Assembly (NCBI GenBank): GCA_965153455.1
Contig: OZ234493.1
Span: forward strand, 27,952,213-28,016,212
Direction: 5' to 3'
Length of the DNA stretch: 64,000 nt
DNA from: Sphagnum compactum
Lineage: Eukaryota
Below the pieces are notes generated by a model, which ran no database searches, was not told the DNA's origin, and saw only the letters and a program-made list of their open reading frames with translations. Both the position numbers and the translations under genes were made by a program. The stretch's first letter is position 1; the number at the start of each line of letters is the position of its first letter. Of the stretch, positions 38,201 to 51,456 are shown one piece after another.

Positions 38201-39535
38201 CTTTTTGCACAATAATATTTTAAAAAATTGTGAAAGAGATGCAAGGTGAAAGGCATCATTTTAAAAGATGGGTTGTTTAATGGGAATAATCCCAAATCTA
38301 TGTGCTAATAGGAAAATTGTGCACTAACATCATGCAAGAAGAGCATGATGTGCCTTTGGTGGGGCATTGTTGAAACTGAACCACAAGAATGGCCATACAA
38401 AAGAAATTTTATTGGCCTAAGATGGAGGACCTAGAACACTTCGTGCACACATGTGTTAATTACCAAAGCCCCAAGTCCATCTATAAAAATAAATATGGAC
38501 TTTACATACCTGTACCAATCCCTGGTAAACAATAAGAAAGTGTGTCCATGGACTTCATGACTCAACTTCCAAAATAGATCAAAATGGATGTCATTCTAAT
38601 AGTTGATTGATTTTGTAAGTTAGCAAAAATGGTCCCAACCAAGATGATTACAACAACTTTCAATTTAGCAAAATTGTTTTATGATATGTGGGTTAGGCAC
38701 CATGGGATGCTTCGATGCATTATAATGCAAAAAACATTTGTTCCATAAAGTGGGGATGAAGTTGTCGTTTAGTACAACATTTCATCAACAAATTGATGGC
38801 CAAATGGAAAGGGTTAATGGGGTGTTAAATCAATAGCTTAAAAATTATGTGAATGCTAATAAAAAAGATTTGGGCAAAGATTTAGACATGGTGGAGTTCT
38901 ATTATAACTCCACAAGGCACTCAATGACCAAAATGTCATCGTTGAATTAGCATTGGGACAAAAAGATAAGAAACCTATAGATTTAACCATTCCCATGGGA
39001 CAAAAAGACAACTCCAAAAGAAGCCATGGAGATGGTTGAGGAGTGTGAAAAGTTATACACTTGAGCCAAGAAGGTCTTAGAGAAAGTTCAAAAATAGTAT
39101 GAGAAGCATGCCAACAAAACACAAAAACATGTGGAATTTGAAGTTGGGCAACATGTGTGGCTAAACATTTGGGACTTCAAGATGCTTGATGAATTAGCCC
39201 CACATTTCATTACTAAGTATATAAGGCCTTATGAAATTCTACATAAGCTCGACCCTGACATGTATACCTTGAAGTTGCCAACAAATTTCAAGGCACATCC
39301 GACCTTTCATGTCTTGAAACTAAAGTTTTTTTTCGTGATGATTAGAAACCAAATCGGAAGCAAAAGGTGCAATATGATGTGGATGACATTGAACATAGAC
39401 ATATTTTGTGCTAAACAAAGATGCCTCAGGGGCAAGGAGTACTTGTTCAAGTACAAGGGTTGCCATCATAAAAAGGTAATATGGATGAAGCTTATTCACA
39501 TGGACTACCTACTTAATGGTGGCCAAATTTGAATA
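35300..39535 (+). pseudogene. gag-pol pseudogene of gypsy copy B
   Basis: Zinc-knuckle remnant CFNYENLGHLIKDC (~36587-36630); protease-like CLLDLRGSNSF; RT blocks VIPFGLCNA and YIGNILVYSK (decayed YxDD); RNase H C-terminal NIVVDALS after a large deletion; integrase SVSMDFMTQLP; GPY/F-like YIRPYEIL..HPTFHV; chromodomain EYLFKYKGCHHKKVIWMK. Many stops and frameshifts. Confidence 0.92.
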
Positions 39536-39578
39536 GGAGAAGGGGCACACACTTGGAGTGAAAAAAACATGAAAAAAA

Positions 39579-40733
39579 TGTGAAATGTTTTTTCACTCAA
39601 TACTAGTTATAGCCTGAAGTTCTTGTGATTTGTTTGATACTTTCATTGTTAGTACAACTATAAACAAAATCTTGAATAATTTGGTTTAATACTTGTTTAG
39701 TGTCAATAATTGACACCTAAATCCTATCATTATTTTCATTGTTATTACAATCATAAACAAAACTTGAATAATATGGTGCAATACTTACTTAGTGTCAATA
39801 ATTAACACCTAGATCCAATATTTTTTTGTCCTTTTGCGGACAACAATGTTCAAGGCTCTTGTCAAGGTTGGGAGATGAAATTAGGGCCAAAAGGCAAAGG
39901 CGGTTTGCCCTTATATAGAAATGTCTTTCTTTGTTTTGTTTTTTTGTTTTTTTGGGTGTTGTTTTTTATTGTATGTATTATAAGTTTTAGTTATTGTGAT
40001 GATTGGAAGCCACAACCTAAAGTGATTGGAGAAGCTTGCAAATGGTAAAATGGAGTAAAAATCTATGGTACTAACAAGCATGACAATGGTCAACATTTTT
40101 AGAAGGAGCCTTCAATCACCTCCCCTTTTAGAGGTAGTTGTGAAACACCTCCTTGATTTTCCTAGAAAACCTCAACATCATAAAAGAGACTACATGATGT
40201 GCTTACTATACATTTAACAATTTTGCACCCCAAATAGACAGGTATGCTTGTGTATCATCATAAAACCTTCATGTAATCATGTAAAATGTTTTCCCTTGAT
40301 CTTCATAAGACTTTTGGTTGTCTCCTTTCATATTTTGTATGCTAAATCTATAGGGTGAGTTTTCTTCACTTATAAAAAACATTGGAAAGACATAATCCCC
40401 TAACCATGACAAGTTTGTTCACAAACATCAAAATTGGAATTATGATTAGAACAACAAAAATGAAACCTTTGTTATTCACATTTTTCAATTGGAACCAAAA
40501 CCAAAACTGGATTGCAAATAAGAAAACAATAACATTTGTGCTTTTGCTAACAAGAGGAAAATCAAAGTCTATGTTTTCTGTTGATTGTTTATGTTTCAAC
40601 TTTGATTTTTGATTTCAAATGATTGGTGTATTTGGATGTATTCTTGGTTACTTGTTGGAGGTGATACACATGTTAAAATCAGGGAGTAGAAATGTTGATG
40701 TAGGGAAATGCAATCCTAGTCTTCAATTTTTCA
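39579..40733. mobile_element. ~1.15-kb insertion in the 3' region of gypsy copy B
   Basis: Absent from the equivalent position of copy A, where the chromodomain runs directly into the hairpin/PPT module. Contains an internal ~90-bp duplication (~39640-39730 and ~39735-39820). Boundaries approximate. Confidence 0.6.
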
Positions 40734-41340
40734 TGGCAAACTTAAATTTTGATGGAGGCATCAACCCCTTCTAAAGTGGGGGAGAATCAAACCTCACGAA
40801 TTTATGAAGAGGTTAAAGGTTCTTATGAACTTGGTCAACATAAAAAAGGTTAAGGTTCATAGGAGAGGAAGCAACTAGGAAAGGCAAGGAGGTGGCATCT
40901 AACAAGAATGGACATGGGTTGAACTCAAATTGAAAAACTTTAAGGCTTGGTCCTGCTTGGGTAAAGGGGATTTGAGTCGTAAGCTCAACTTGACATTATT
41001 TATTGGCACATTTGTAACCTTCATTTGATTTGGCAACCATAACGTCCAAATTGGACTTGAAGTTGATTCAAACGAAAGGAAGGTTGATAAAGGGAACATG
41101 TGAAATGGAAAGGAAATAGACATTAAAGGAAAACGCATAAGGTGAAAGCAAAAAACACACCCAAAATGGTTCTTCATGTGCTAAAAACACAAAGACACAT
41201 CACGAATGGGTTCTTCTAATCACGGAAGTAAGTAATGTCATGATTATTGATCAAAGGAGGAAAAGTGGCAAAAGTGCCCAAGGGCATTCATACTTGAGTA
41301 CTGTCAATGAAGATGTTGACATCTCTAAAGTGGGGGTGAA

Positions 41341-41813
41341 CGACAAACCTTTCAAAGTGGAGGGGTTCATTTAGTCGGGGCCCAAGTCCAAACCATCGCA
41401 AGGTGCCCTTCATGGCAAATTGGATTACAAAGCTAAGTGTTGAGCTAGGTTCAATTTTTGGTTTGACACCATTCATGACTGCATAGGTGTGGGGAGTGAG
41501 GGTTTGCGGATGGTTGAAGAGATGTCCTTGGCATGCTAAGTCTTTGAAATAGACAACACTGTGGTTAGACCATGAGACATGAATTGGTAATCTCAAGCAA
41601 CGAGACTTTTAACTAGTTGGGAAGTTTATGTTGGGTTTTGTCACACTTGTGTAAAGGTCAAGGTTAGCCCAAACGTTGATAGATTCACGAAACGAGATGA
41701 ATGTTAGAACTAACCCAATGCATGGCTTGCTATGTGTAGGTAGTTTAAATATTTAGTGAAGAACATGGTTAAAGGCATGGACACGAATCGCTAAGACACA
41801 TTTGGATGCGAGA
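41341..41813 (+). repeat. 3' LTR of gypsy copy B
   Basis: Follows the PPT; homologous to 34760-35243 with a small 5' deletion; ends GGATGCGAGA. Confidence 0.85.
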
Positions 41814-41959
41814 GTGAGGATGTGCATGTTGATAAGTTGATTCAAAGCTCAAATTTACCCACAACTTCTAGCAAACTTTTAAAAGCACATATGGTTTCTT
41901 AGTTTTCCTTGAAGACGAACAAGTGGGTGCAAGGCCATATCAAATTCTTCCTATCATGG

Positions 41960-42190
41960 TTTTTGTGATTGAAAAAATGTTAAATAAGTTTAAGCATTTA
42001 AAAAAAGTTACATTAAAAAAGTGTAAGCCTCCTTCTATGTTGTTGGTTACCTGCTAGAACCTATTATGAAATTTTGACACTTTCTTATACAAACTTGGGC
42101 CATCATTTTAATTGGAAAAAACCCTAAGTGTAGGTCGAAATTAGTTTTTCCACATTAAAAAAAATGCAAAAATTCATCCAAAATATGCAC
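41960..42190. repeat. Decayed MITE copy (34085/43197 family)
   Basis: CCTTCTATGTTGTTGGTTACCTGCTAGAAC core; ends not resolved. Confidence 0.5.
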
Positions 42191-43196
42191 GGTGTTAGGT
42201 CATTATTTGGCGCTTGGTTGAATCTTACCTGTTATACGTCTATGTGGGTCGCCCAGCCTACATACTTTACAAAATTGCAAAAAAAAAACACTTCTAGCAG
42301 CAGATCAATTGCAAAATCCATTTAGCTACTTTTGACGGTAGTTAATGTCTGATAACTGCAGCATCTGCTTAGGGGTATCCTATTCAGTGAAATTAGGCAT
42401 GGAGGGTTTTGCTTTTTCTTGAATTAGGCTAATCAACACATGGGACTTGGAGTTTTTACGGTGCATGTATATATTAGCTTCAACATCAGAGATTTGAGAG
42501 TACAAGGAGGAACAATTGTCAATCATTGGCATCGTTAAGTATGTTGCTTGATCCACTTTTTATTAAAAGAGTTGTGCCCACATGGCATCATTTTTTACAT
42601 AGATATAATGTTTTAGGATTCAGGCTTAAGGTGTCAATGTGCACTATTCATGCTTTGGCCCTTGTTAAGAAGTTGTAGTTTTTTAGGGCTTCAACAAAAT
42701 TTTGAAAAGTCTAGGCAAATTTCAGGCATATTTTTGGAGAATTAGGCACAGGTAATTATTAAGCACTTTCCTTTTAATTTACTTGGGGTCTAACTTGGTA
42801 GGCAAGTAGGGCATACCCACAGAAAAAGAAAGGGGGTTCCTCTACCTTGTATGGAAATGGAATCTGAAATTTTGAGCCCTAACATTTCGGACATGTCTGG
42901 AGCACCCACATTTGTATCATGTATGATTCCTTCCAATAAAGTAATGCTTTTTAAAAAATAGAGAATTACTGACGAAATTGTGGGGAGTGAAGTGCAGAGA
43001 TGGTCAAGAAGTCAGATGCCCTTGACTTTATCAATAATGAAGGCGGGAAGCAGCTGGCATAATTCTCCTACATTATGGACATTTCACTGTTTCATTTGTT
43101 GGGACTGGGGCCTTTCCACAGGGAACTCAACTCACTATGCCTTTGTAAACACAGCACCACTGGCTGCAGTAGTGACTTTGAATCTGGACTCTTAAT

Positions 43197-43541
43197 CAGT
43201 GTTTTCATTTAAATGATTAAAATTTTGTGATGTCTAGGAAGTGACAATCATCCATTAGAAGATTTAGCCCAATTTGGCTGTAAACCAGATTCAAAAGTAA
43301 AACAATGCGCACCCTTCTATATTTTGGATACCTGCTGGAACATATTCTAGATTTCGGGTGACTTTTTAATATTCTGTTCCACATCTGGTCCAGTTGGAGT
43401 GACGATTTTTGTGGCAGGTTTTCACAAATTCTCAACCTGAAATTTTGGATTTCAACCTAAATGAATGATTTCTTTGTTGAAAAAATGACCCAAATTTCTC
43501 AAATTTGGAACAGATTATAGAAATGTCACCAGAATTCAACA
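43197..43541. mobile_element. hAT-type MITE copy
   Basis: Starts CAGTGTTTT; shares AATTTTGTGATGT..ATCATCCAT..TAGCC.AATTTGGC with 62667-62957; right end uncertain. Confidence 0.55.
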
Positions 43542-44072
43542 GCAATGAGACCACTCTCCTCGTGAGTCATGATCAGGCCATTGACAGACACCACACATGA
43601 GAGCGCTTTCAGCAATTAGTTTTAAGCATCTGATTGGTTTTAATATTATGGGCCCCACAGGTCACAAGCATGCTCCTCAGTCTCCAGAGCCTGTGGAAAT
43701 CCGGCACATTCAAGCATTGGTACCTAAATGAATGTTTGAGTTGGGGGGATAAAATTTGATGTTTAACCAATGTCACTTCCATGCAGGTTTGGAATTGGTG
43801 AGTGGCAAGGAGGTAACATATCAAGGGACCACGGAATTTGGCAATTGAACAAGGAGTGAATAGTGAGCAGGAAAATGGCTGCAGTTGACTTCCATAATTG
43901 GGTATTTTAGGCTTTCACTAGGCCTCATCAATGTATGTAGTTGCTCAATTCACAGTTTTTTCGGTACATAGTGCCATCTTTCAGATGCTTTAATAGGGAT
44001 TGAGTCATTTAGCTTAGTGTGATTCATACTGGTATAAGTTGTGGGGACCCCAAAGTTTTTTCTTTTTCTTTT

Positions 44073-44380
44073 GTGATGGCCTCTTTGATTGGGCAATCAC
44101 ATATACATATTGTAGTTGTTACATTTAGGATACATATATAAGTTACAAGAGTCAAACTTTGGGCAAAGCATATGAGATAAAATGTGGTGATATTGGGAAC
44201 TTAGTGGGAACAATGAAACACATTGGGAACAACAAAAGTTCAAACCTTCCCCACTCCCTCTGTCCCTCCCTACCCCCAATGGAATCCTGGATTTCTTGGA
44301 TGCATGCTGCCTCATTTCTATTCCTACCTGTTGTTAGTCATCATCATTTTGGGCCTAGGCTAATGGTCAGGAAATGAATT
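44073..44380. repeat. Dispersed repeat, paired with 31335-31730
   Basis: Shares the motifs listed for 31335-31730, in the same orientation. Confidence 0.7.
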
Positions 44381-45834
44381 ACACGGATACAGTATTGAAA
44401 CTGTTAAATGTAAAGTGTTGGATTGCTGTATGAGATAAATAGTTAGTACAAGTGGATCTGATTACTTTTGAAAAGCTTTGAAGAAAGGGAATACATATGA
44501 CTTCTCTGCGGTGGAAATATCAAGATGAATTCTCTCAAATACGTAAAGAACAATCTGACAAGAGTCTAATGTGCTTCAAAGTGCAGAAGTGATACAGTCA
44601 TTTGTTACAAGAGCAACTTAGAGCTCATTTTAACAAATTACTAGACGTGAACTCACCTATGAACATACACTTTTTCCAAATGATGTAAGCAGTAGCTGTG
44701 TTGAAACTTTGTAGGTTAGGTTACCAATTAACATTACACAACAAGTACTCTCACTCAAGGTAGTCAACATAGTGTGGTGCCTGGTGCCTGCAGTATTGCA
44801 CTTGGTTCCATGATTCATGAATAAAATTAGATGGTCTGCCTGAGCTTCAATATGGCATCTTGTCCAATCATCATTTTGCTCATATGACCCACTCAAAGCC
44901 TTTTGGTTTGGAGATATTTTTGGCTTTGATACACATCTTCCCCTATTCATCTTTTTGCTCAGTGACCATTCAAAACCCTTTGGCGTCTGGTGGGTGTTTT
45001 AAGGTTGATGCTGCACATCCTTGGTGTGTGGTGGTGTGGCATAATTGTGAATGAACACTCCGATTCCTGCACTCCTCTTCTGCTGTAGCTGGGAAAGGAA
45101 ACCTGTAAGTTTTCCACACAACATGATGCATCTGGAAAGTGTTGAGAGTGATGTCAGAAGAACGTTTCTCAAATACAATGAGACTCATTATAACACAATG
45201 TGTGCTCTGGGTTTGAGGCTTTGGAATAAAGGGAGCCCCGAGCCTCCAAGGGTTGTCAAAAAGACCATGGCAAAATGGATGTTCTAATTTATTTATCTCT
45301 CTGGAAAGGACTTAGATTCCATGCACCTGCAAAGAAAATGAATGCCCTTTTCACAATTTGATAGATGCTTTCAAGTGGAGGCCTGGGCCGAATTTTCGAT
45401 ATCACAAAAATGAGAAAAAAAACTGCTGACTGCTGAAAAACTGATATTTGTTATATCAAAAATCTTATGTTCCCCTCATGAGAGAAGATACTAAGTTCAT
45501 CAATCCTCATTGAGGGAGGCTGATAGCCAATTAAATTTGGGTAGATCTCTATGGGTAAAGAACTAAGAGCTGAGGTTATAAACTAAGGTAGCCATAGCCT
45601 GCAAGGAAAAGCCAAATATCACAAACAGGAGTTCCAGGAATTAGTCATGCTATTCAGCCAACGAAAGATGTTGCCAAATGTCTTGTACTTAAACTAAAAG
45701 CAATGTCCTCTCATGAGTCATGATCTACTAATGTCAATTATCTCTTTCCTAGTCTTAGATTACTTTCAATAGCACCTGCTCTCATATTTACCAAGTGATG
45801 ATTCTGCAAGTTTGCTGTTTTCCTAGGCCCCTAC

Positions 45835-48800
45835 CAGCCTTTTTTTAAAGGTTTTTGAAATTTCGAACCAGTGGCTGGCTCTTACTCTCTTAGGCATGCA
45901 TGAAAACTCTTTTTCATTGCTAGGTGGTTGTTTCACAACAGGAGTCAGGAGATGGGAGGACTCTAAACTCAGGAGTTACGACAATAGATACTAGACACTA
46001 ATGACTTGAAACTACATATTACATAGTAAGTAAACACACGGACTCAAATTCAACTACACAATGCACATAGACTCAATGGTTCACATGACATAGTACATAC
46101 ACAAATTACAATGCACATAGACATGTATTACAAACTTAGACAAATACACAAAAGAGGCACTAGACATCGGTAGTGAGACCTTCAAATTATCAAACATAGT
46201 GAATAGACACATAGACACCAAACATTCAAACATAACATAGGATTAGACATCAAACACAATGGGCTAGACTTTGGACATACAACAAAGATCAATCATTCAA
46301 ATTGAAAAGGCACACTCAAATTCAAACACAAATATACACTTAGGAAACAACATTCAAAGTTAGACACACATAAACAAGACAAATAGTGGACACACATGAT
46401 CTTTCAAGCAAAAATTCAATTACATGCAAATTAGTGGGCACTAGACAATGGCTAAAAGGTAGAAAGGATAGTGGCAGAAGGCAAAAACAAAAAGTGGCTA
46501 GAAGGAAAAAATAGAAAATGGCAAAAGGCCAAAACAAGTAGTGGTAGAAGGCAAAAACAAACAATGGTAGAAAGCAAAAACAAATAGTGGCATAACTTTT
46601 GACTCTTAAATGCAAATGAAATTTTGTAACTTCTTTAGCAAAACAACAACCTAGTTCTGGCCAAAAGTTATCATCGTTGAGATATATGGGACCATAAACC
46701 AAAAATTCTAATTCAATCCTTTCCAAGGTTTTTGCTCCTTCTAGTCATCAAAGCATGCATCATAGAAGAATGTATCCAAAGTGTAAAAAGTCTGGAAATA
46801 CATCCCAACAACTATGTGTAAATGTTTATTGAGGCATTTCCTCAACTTTGACTTCATGAAAAAAAAGGTGGAGAAGGTTCTTTTGTCTTCCATAGATCCT
46901 AGGACTTGCATGATTGCAATTTCTACTAGTTTGAAAAATTTAGGGAATGAATGCTTTAAAATGCAAGAAACTTCCAGAGTGTGCCAAAGTTGAGTTAAAG
47001 GGTTGACATGAAATGGAGCCTCCATTGTAGTAGTAGTATTAAATTTTATGGTAATCTTGAAAAGGCTAGATTACTTATCCAAAGCACTTGCATTAAATAG
47101 AATGGATGGACAAATCTTGGTTGCTTTTAGGGATGTTGTACTTGCCTCTGAAATTTTACCAACTTCCAAGCATCATTCAAAGCAATATTGAGATTTGATC
47201 AATTCAAAATGATGATCAAAATTTTGTTCTACGTCACCTTGAAGCCAATATCAAAGATAACAAATCCCCATAACGTCCATCAAATGAGATGTCAAAAACC
47301 TACAAATTAATTTTTGAATGAATGATTCTACTGCAACTACAATATGGACATGAATGAACCATTATAATCATATAAAAAAAATGAATTGATAGTGGGCACC
47401 AGACAGAAGTCATTGGGCATTCAAACATAATAGTGAACTATTGTTGCTAAACAAAAATTATTGTTGTTGGTTAAACTAGTGTAATGAGCAAGCAATGAGC
47501 AATGGTAAAATATGACAAATATGGAAACAAAACATGTTTGAACTTTAAAAACTTTAGCAAAATGCTTTTGCATCATCGACAAGAGTAGAGAAGGTCTTTT
47601 GGGTCACTTGGATCTTTTCACCATTAGATTGTAAATGTGTAGCCCATAAAGTGAAACCCATATAATCAATGCACAAATAATCACCATTGGGCATGTTTAA
47701 GTCCAATGAAGTTGCCTTCCATTTCAAATGCATTGTGTTATGAATACAAGCAACTAGATCTTGGAATTCTTTGAACACATTAGACACGTACTTTGTGGCA
47801 CGATTTGAATACCGAGAATAGAATTGTCCTTAACAAATTTTGATGGCTGCAACATAATCGTAAACAAATATGTCCCACTTTTGTGCAAACTTCATTAGTC
47901 CATGGATTGTTTCCAACATGGGCAATAAACAAGCAAGAAAAATCAATAAATTCACATCACACAAAAGTTCATAATTAATTTTGACAATAAGGAAAGATGG
48001 ACCATTTTCAGCCATTTTTGCAAGTAATGGCATGTACATGGACATCATTCGCCTTCCTGGATTAAACATGCTGATCCAACATGTTTTGATATTCCATAGA
48101 ATTTTGTTTCTATTTTCCTTCATTAAATCTACAAGTTTCAAAAACTTAAGGTGTCGTTTTGAACTATGAGAAAAAAAAGGATTAAAACAAATCTTCTATT
48201 CATCTCACCATAAGGAGTTGAGACAATGTTTGCACAACTAAATTTGTGCGATGTGCCATGTAGTGGATGCCTTCCAAATGAGGAACAAGTTTTTATTTAT
48301 TTAGTAGGTAATCCCATTGCGCACCCCTTAAAACACATTAACACCATTAGCCCCAAATGACATAAGTTTTGTAACATTTTCATTAAAAACACCCCCATGT
48401 TTTTTCGAGGGCTTCAATGATAACTTTAGTCAGATTGTTTGCCCCCCTCCTTTAGTGACATGCTCCAAAAAAATTAATATATGCAACCGACACCAATCTT
48501 GAACAATGTAACAATGGATCAAAACCCAAGATTGATTATCGATCGTGGTGACCTCATCACAAGGTACTTCGAACGTGAAACAACTTGCTTATGTAAACAT
48601 TCTGCCATTACCCAACTACCAGAATTGCTCCAGTGATTCCAAGGGAGCATAAGGACATTGAGATAAGAAAACAAAGGTTGTAGAGCTTCAAATTCTAACA
48701 TAGGTTTGCCTTGCTATAACAAATGCATAATTGTTGCAAATTGTTGCCTTTTCTTCCCCTCTCCCGTTTCAAACCTTCTTGAATCACTTGTTTTGCAATT

Positions 48801-50122
48801 GAAATGTGGTTTCGTTGAGAGAGATTACCTCATTTTTTGCATGATTACATTTGTTGTTGATGTATAATTCATTTGCCTTCTTGCCCAGATGTGGCATGTC
48901 ACGGATTACTTTCGTTTTTCTTGCATGTTTTTCAAGTATATTAAATTTCGACCTCAAAATAATATCCTTACTATTCACAAACGCATACAATGCATTTCAC
49001 TTTATGTATTTATCCATATTCACTCTTCAACATCTCAGCCCATGAAAATTGTGTAGCCCAAATCTTTCGACATTTGTAGGAAAGATTGTAGTTCTTCGAC
49101 TTCTTCAGTTGAGGTTCATCTTCTTCATCTTTTGGCAACACATGGATCTCAAACAATTAAAGGGTAACATGAATGAAGATCGGCGGTCCACCAAGGCACA
49201 CCAATTTGATTGTAGGATTGCTACGTTTTAGTTTGCTTCAAAAGATGGCATTGGCTGACCTTTGGGAGGAATCACAAAAGAAGATGCATCATCGGGATTT
49301 TTGTTAAATTAAAAAATTTGCAGCAACACATTATTTATTTTTTGTTTCCTAGTTGGTGCCATGGTGTTCAAACAAGTAACAATAAATCCAAATGCACACA
49401 ACACAACAAAAAACTTCAACTCACAATAACTAATGCACGAACATTAAAGCCACAAACAACAAGCTATAAATTCGCAATCGAACAAATGTAGAAATTGTAA
49501 AACTACAAGCGTTGAGCAGTGAGCTGTAGACTCACAGAGGTGATTGTTTCTTTGAAAACACAAGAACACAAAAAACTCAAAAAAAAAAGTTGGTTGAAAT
49601 CCATACTTGATTCTTGACTTTTACGTCACAATGACTAACACACATTGCAATTCACAATGTTGCATTCAACAAGTGATGAAACTTGCGATCGTCACTACTA
49701 GCTACCACTAAACTCCATTATGTCAAAGGTCCTTTATTTGTTACAACTTTAGTTCCTTGCACTAGCACTGATTATTGGAAATGGCCATTGGTAATAGTGT
49801 GCTCCATCATGATTGCAAGTAGTGACGATAAAACAGCCTAAACTTTAGTGCTATGTTGGCAAAGCTTTCAACATTTACAATGCTACTAAACGATTAACCT
49901 AAATCAAACAGTACAAACTGGCAAATGTGTTATGTGAATGATGATTATAGTTGGCAATCTGATTTAGGGTGTAGGGTGCAAGGTGGTGATCCCACTCAAC
50001 GGAACCAACAATATATGGCGATATTGTAATTTTTTTATAAATAAATCCTTTAACAACTTTCACACCACATTCTTTTCCTTCGCTTTCTTTTTGGCAATTT
50101 TTTGCCAATAAAAAAAAGGCTG
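45835..50122 (-). mobile_element. Full-length decayed hAT DNA transposon
   Basis: TIRs CAGCCTTTTTTT (45835) and AAAAAAAGGCTG (ending 50122); perfect 8-bp TSD GCCCCTAC (45827-45834 and 50123-50130); internal transposase remnant. Confidence 0.95.
46710..49362 (-). pseudogene. hAT transposase pseudogene
   Basis: Putative start MAPTRKQK at 49362; blocks HIAHKFS, KILWNIKTCWISM and the C-terminal dimerisation-like KLVEIAIMQVLGSMEDKRTFSTFFFMKSKLRKCL; fragmented ORFs; probable intron ~47338-47552. Confidence 0.88.
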
Positions 50123-51132
50123 GCCCCTACCCTCGTGGGATCCCCTCATAGTTTTATGAACCATCATTGCAAGTCTTGCTTGCATCTGGAACAAAAGAGA
50201 GTTTGACTACCTACACAGCTGAAAAAGCCACTAAAACTGAAATTGATTCTTTCCTTCACAGTGCTTGGTTTGAACTATGAACCTTGCTACTCCAAGTAGA
50301 ATTCCTAAGAAAAGTTATTCCTGCAGAGCAAGAAGTGAATCAATAAGTGAACACCCCCCTCCCCCCCCCCCCATGAGGTAACCATTGGAACAAAAGCCTT
50401 GCTCCCAAAATGAAATCCCCCATTAAAATGGGTGTGAAAAATCAAACAAACTCATGGTCAACCTTGGGAACTGAAAGTTTGCGCCAAGCCAGTGGTTGAG
50501 TGGGTTCAAAAAGGGTCCTTAAACAGAAACTCTCACACTCTTGGTGATTGCCAATCATGGTGGTTACCAACCATGGTCAGTACCAACAGAAAATTACTTA
50601 CCCCAGTAACAAAAACAAAACAATTTGGTGTTGGAAAAACAGGCAGAAACGGACAGGGCTCTCTTACTAGCTTTCTGTCTCAATAGGGAGGAAGTAGAAT
50701 TATGCTGCAATATTAAACTACCCATCTCCAGAAGTGGGGGTGGGGGTGTCTCTCTGTAGCAGCAGCAACAGGGCAATATTCACAGACCGGAAATTAAATA
50801 GTATTATAGTTAATTATCGAGTGGGTGGTGGTTCAGGAATTTCTGAAAACCAGAGACCACTTGCTCCCCAGACTTCTGACACCCCCCTCCTCCCCCCTTT
50901 ATCATCAGTCTGTTGTTTGATCATATATGCCAGTCCCCCACACGAGATCATATGTGCAACCCACACCAGAAACAGACAACTTTGTAAGTGGTCTAAGAGA
51001 CAAACAAGAAACAACCAACTTGTAGGAAGAGCAGGAACAAAGAGTATGCATGAGAGAGGTGTGAGGCCTCCATTTGACTTCACCCCCACTCCCAATTCTG
51101 TTGTCTCCATTCTCATGATCTCCACACCATAC

Positions 51133-51141
51133 AATATATAG
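51133..51141 (+). promoter_or_regulatory. Candidate TATA box of the kinase gene
   Basis: AATATATAG about 320 bp upstream of the ATG, followed by a TG-rich leader; positional inference only. Confidence 0.3.
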
Positions 51142-51456
51142 TTCAAGTGCCATGGAGTCCCCCACACCTTGGGAAGCGTGTATGAAATCAATCTAGTCTG
51201 TTGTCTTGTGTCACATTGTGCAGTAGTGCAACAGTTTGTGTCTGATCTTACAGCTAGCAATAGCAAGAGTGTGGGCTTCGCCCAACGTGGAGAGTCTGAA
51301 GCTGCATCAGTCTTTGGAGTTGAATCTTTTTGGGTTTGTGATCGATCGCACATTGGGATTGAGAATGAGTTATGCTGTTTTGTTTGTTTTGTTTTGGGGA
51401 GTGTTGATGTTGTGTGAGTGAGTTCAAAGGATTCAGCTACGAAAGAGACTTCAGTG

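Larger units (their letters stand above)
34760..41813 (+). mobile_element. Degenerate Ty3/gypsy chromovirus-type LTR retrotransposon (copy B, same family as copy A)
   Basis: 5' LTR from TGACATGCCC; PBS TGGTATCAAAGC (35246-35257); domain order gag-CCHC-PR-RT-(RH mostly deleted)-INT-chromodomain; PPT AAAGTGGGGGTGAA (41327-41340); 3' LTR. No matching TSD. Confidence 0.93.

Noticed and set aside
50734..51417. N-terminal extension of the kinase by stop readthrough (ORFs 50734-51141 and 51169-51417 are in the kinase frame)
   Set aside because: Non-ATG starts, two intervening stops and no recognisable protein features; this kinase clade starts right at the kinase domain.
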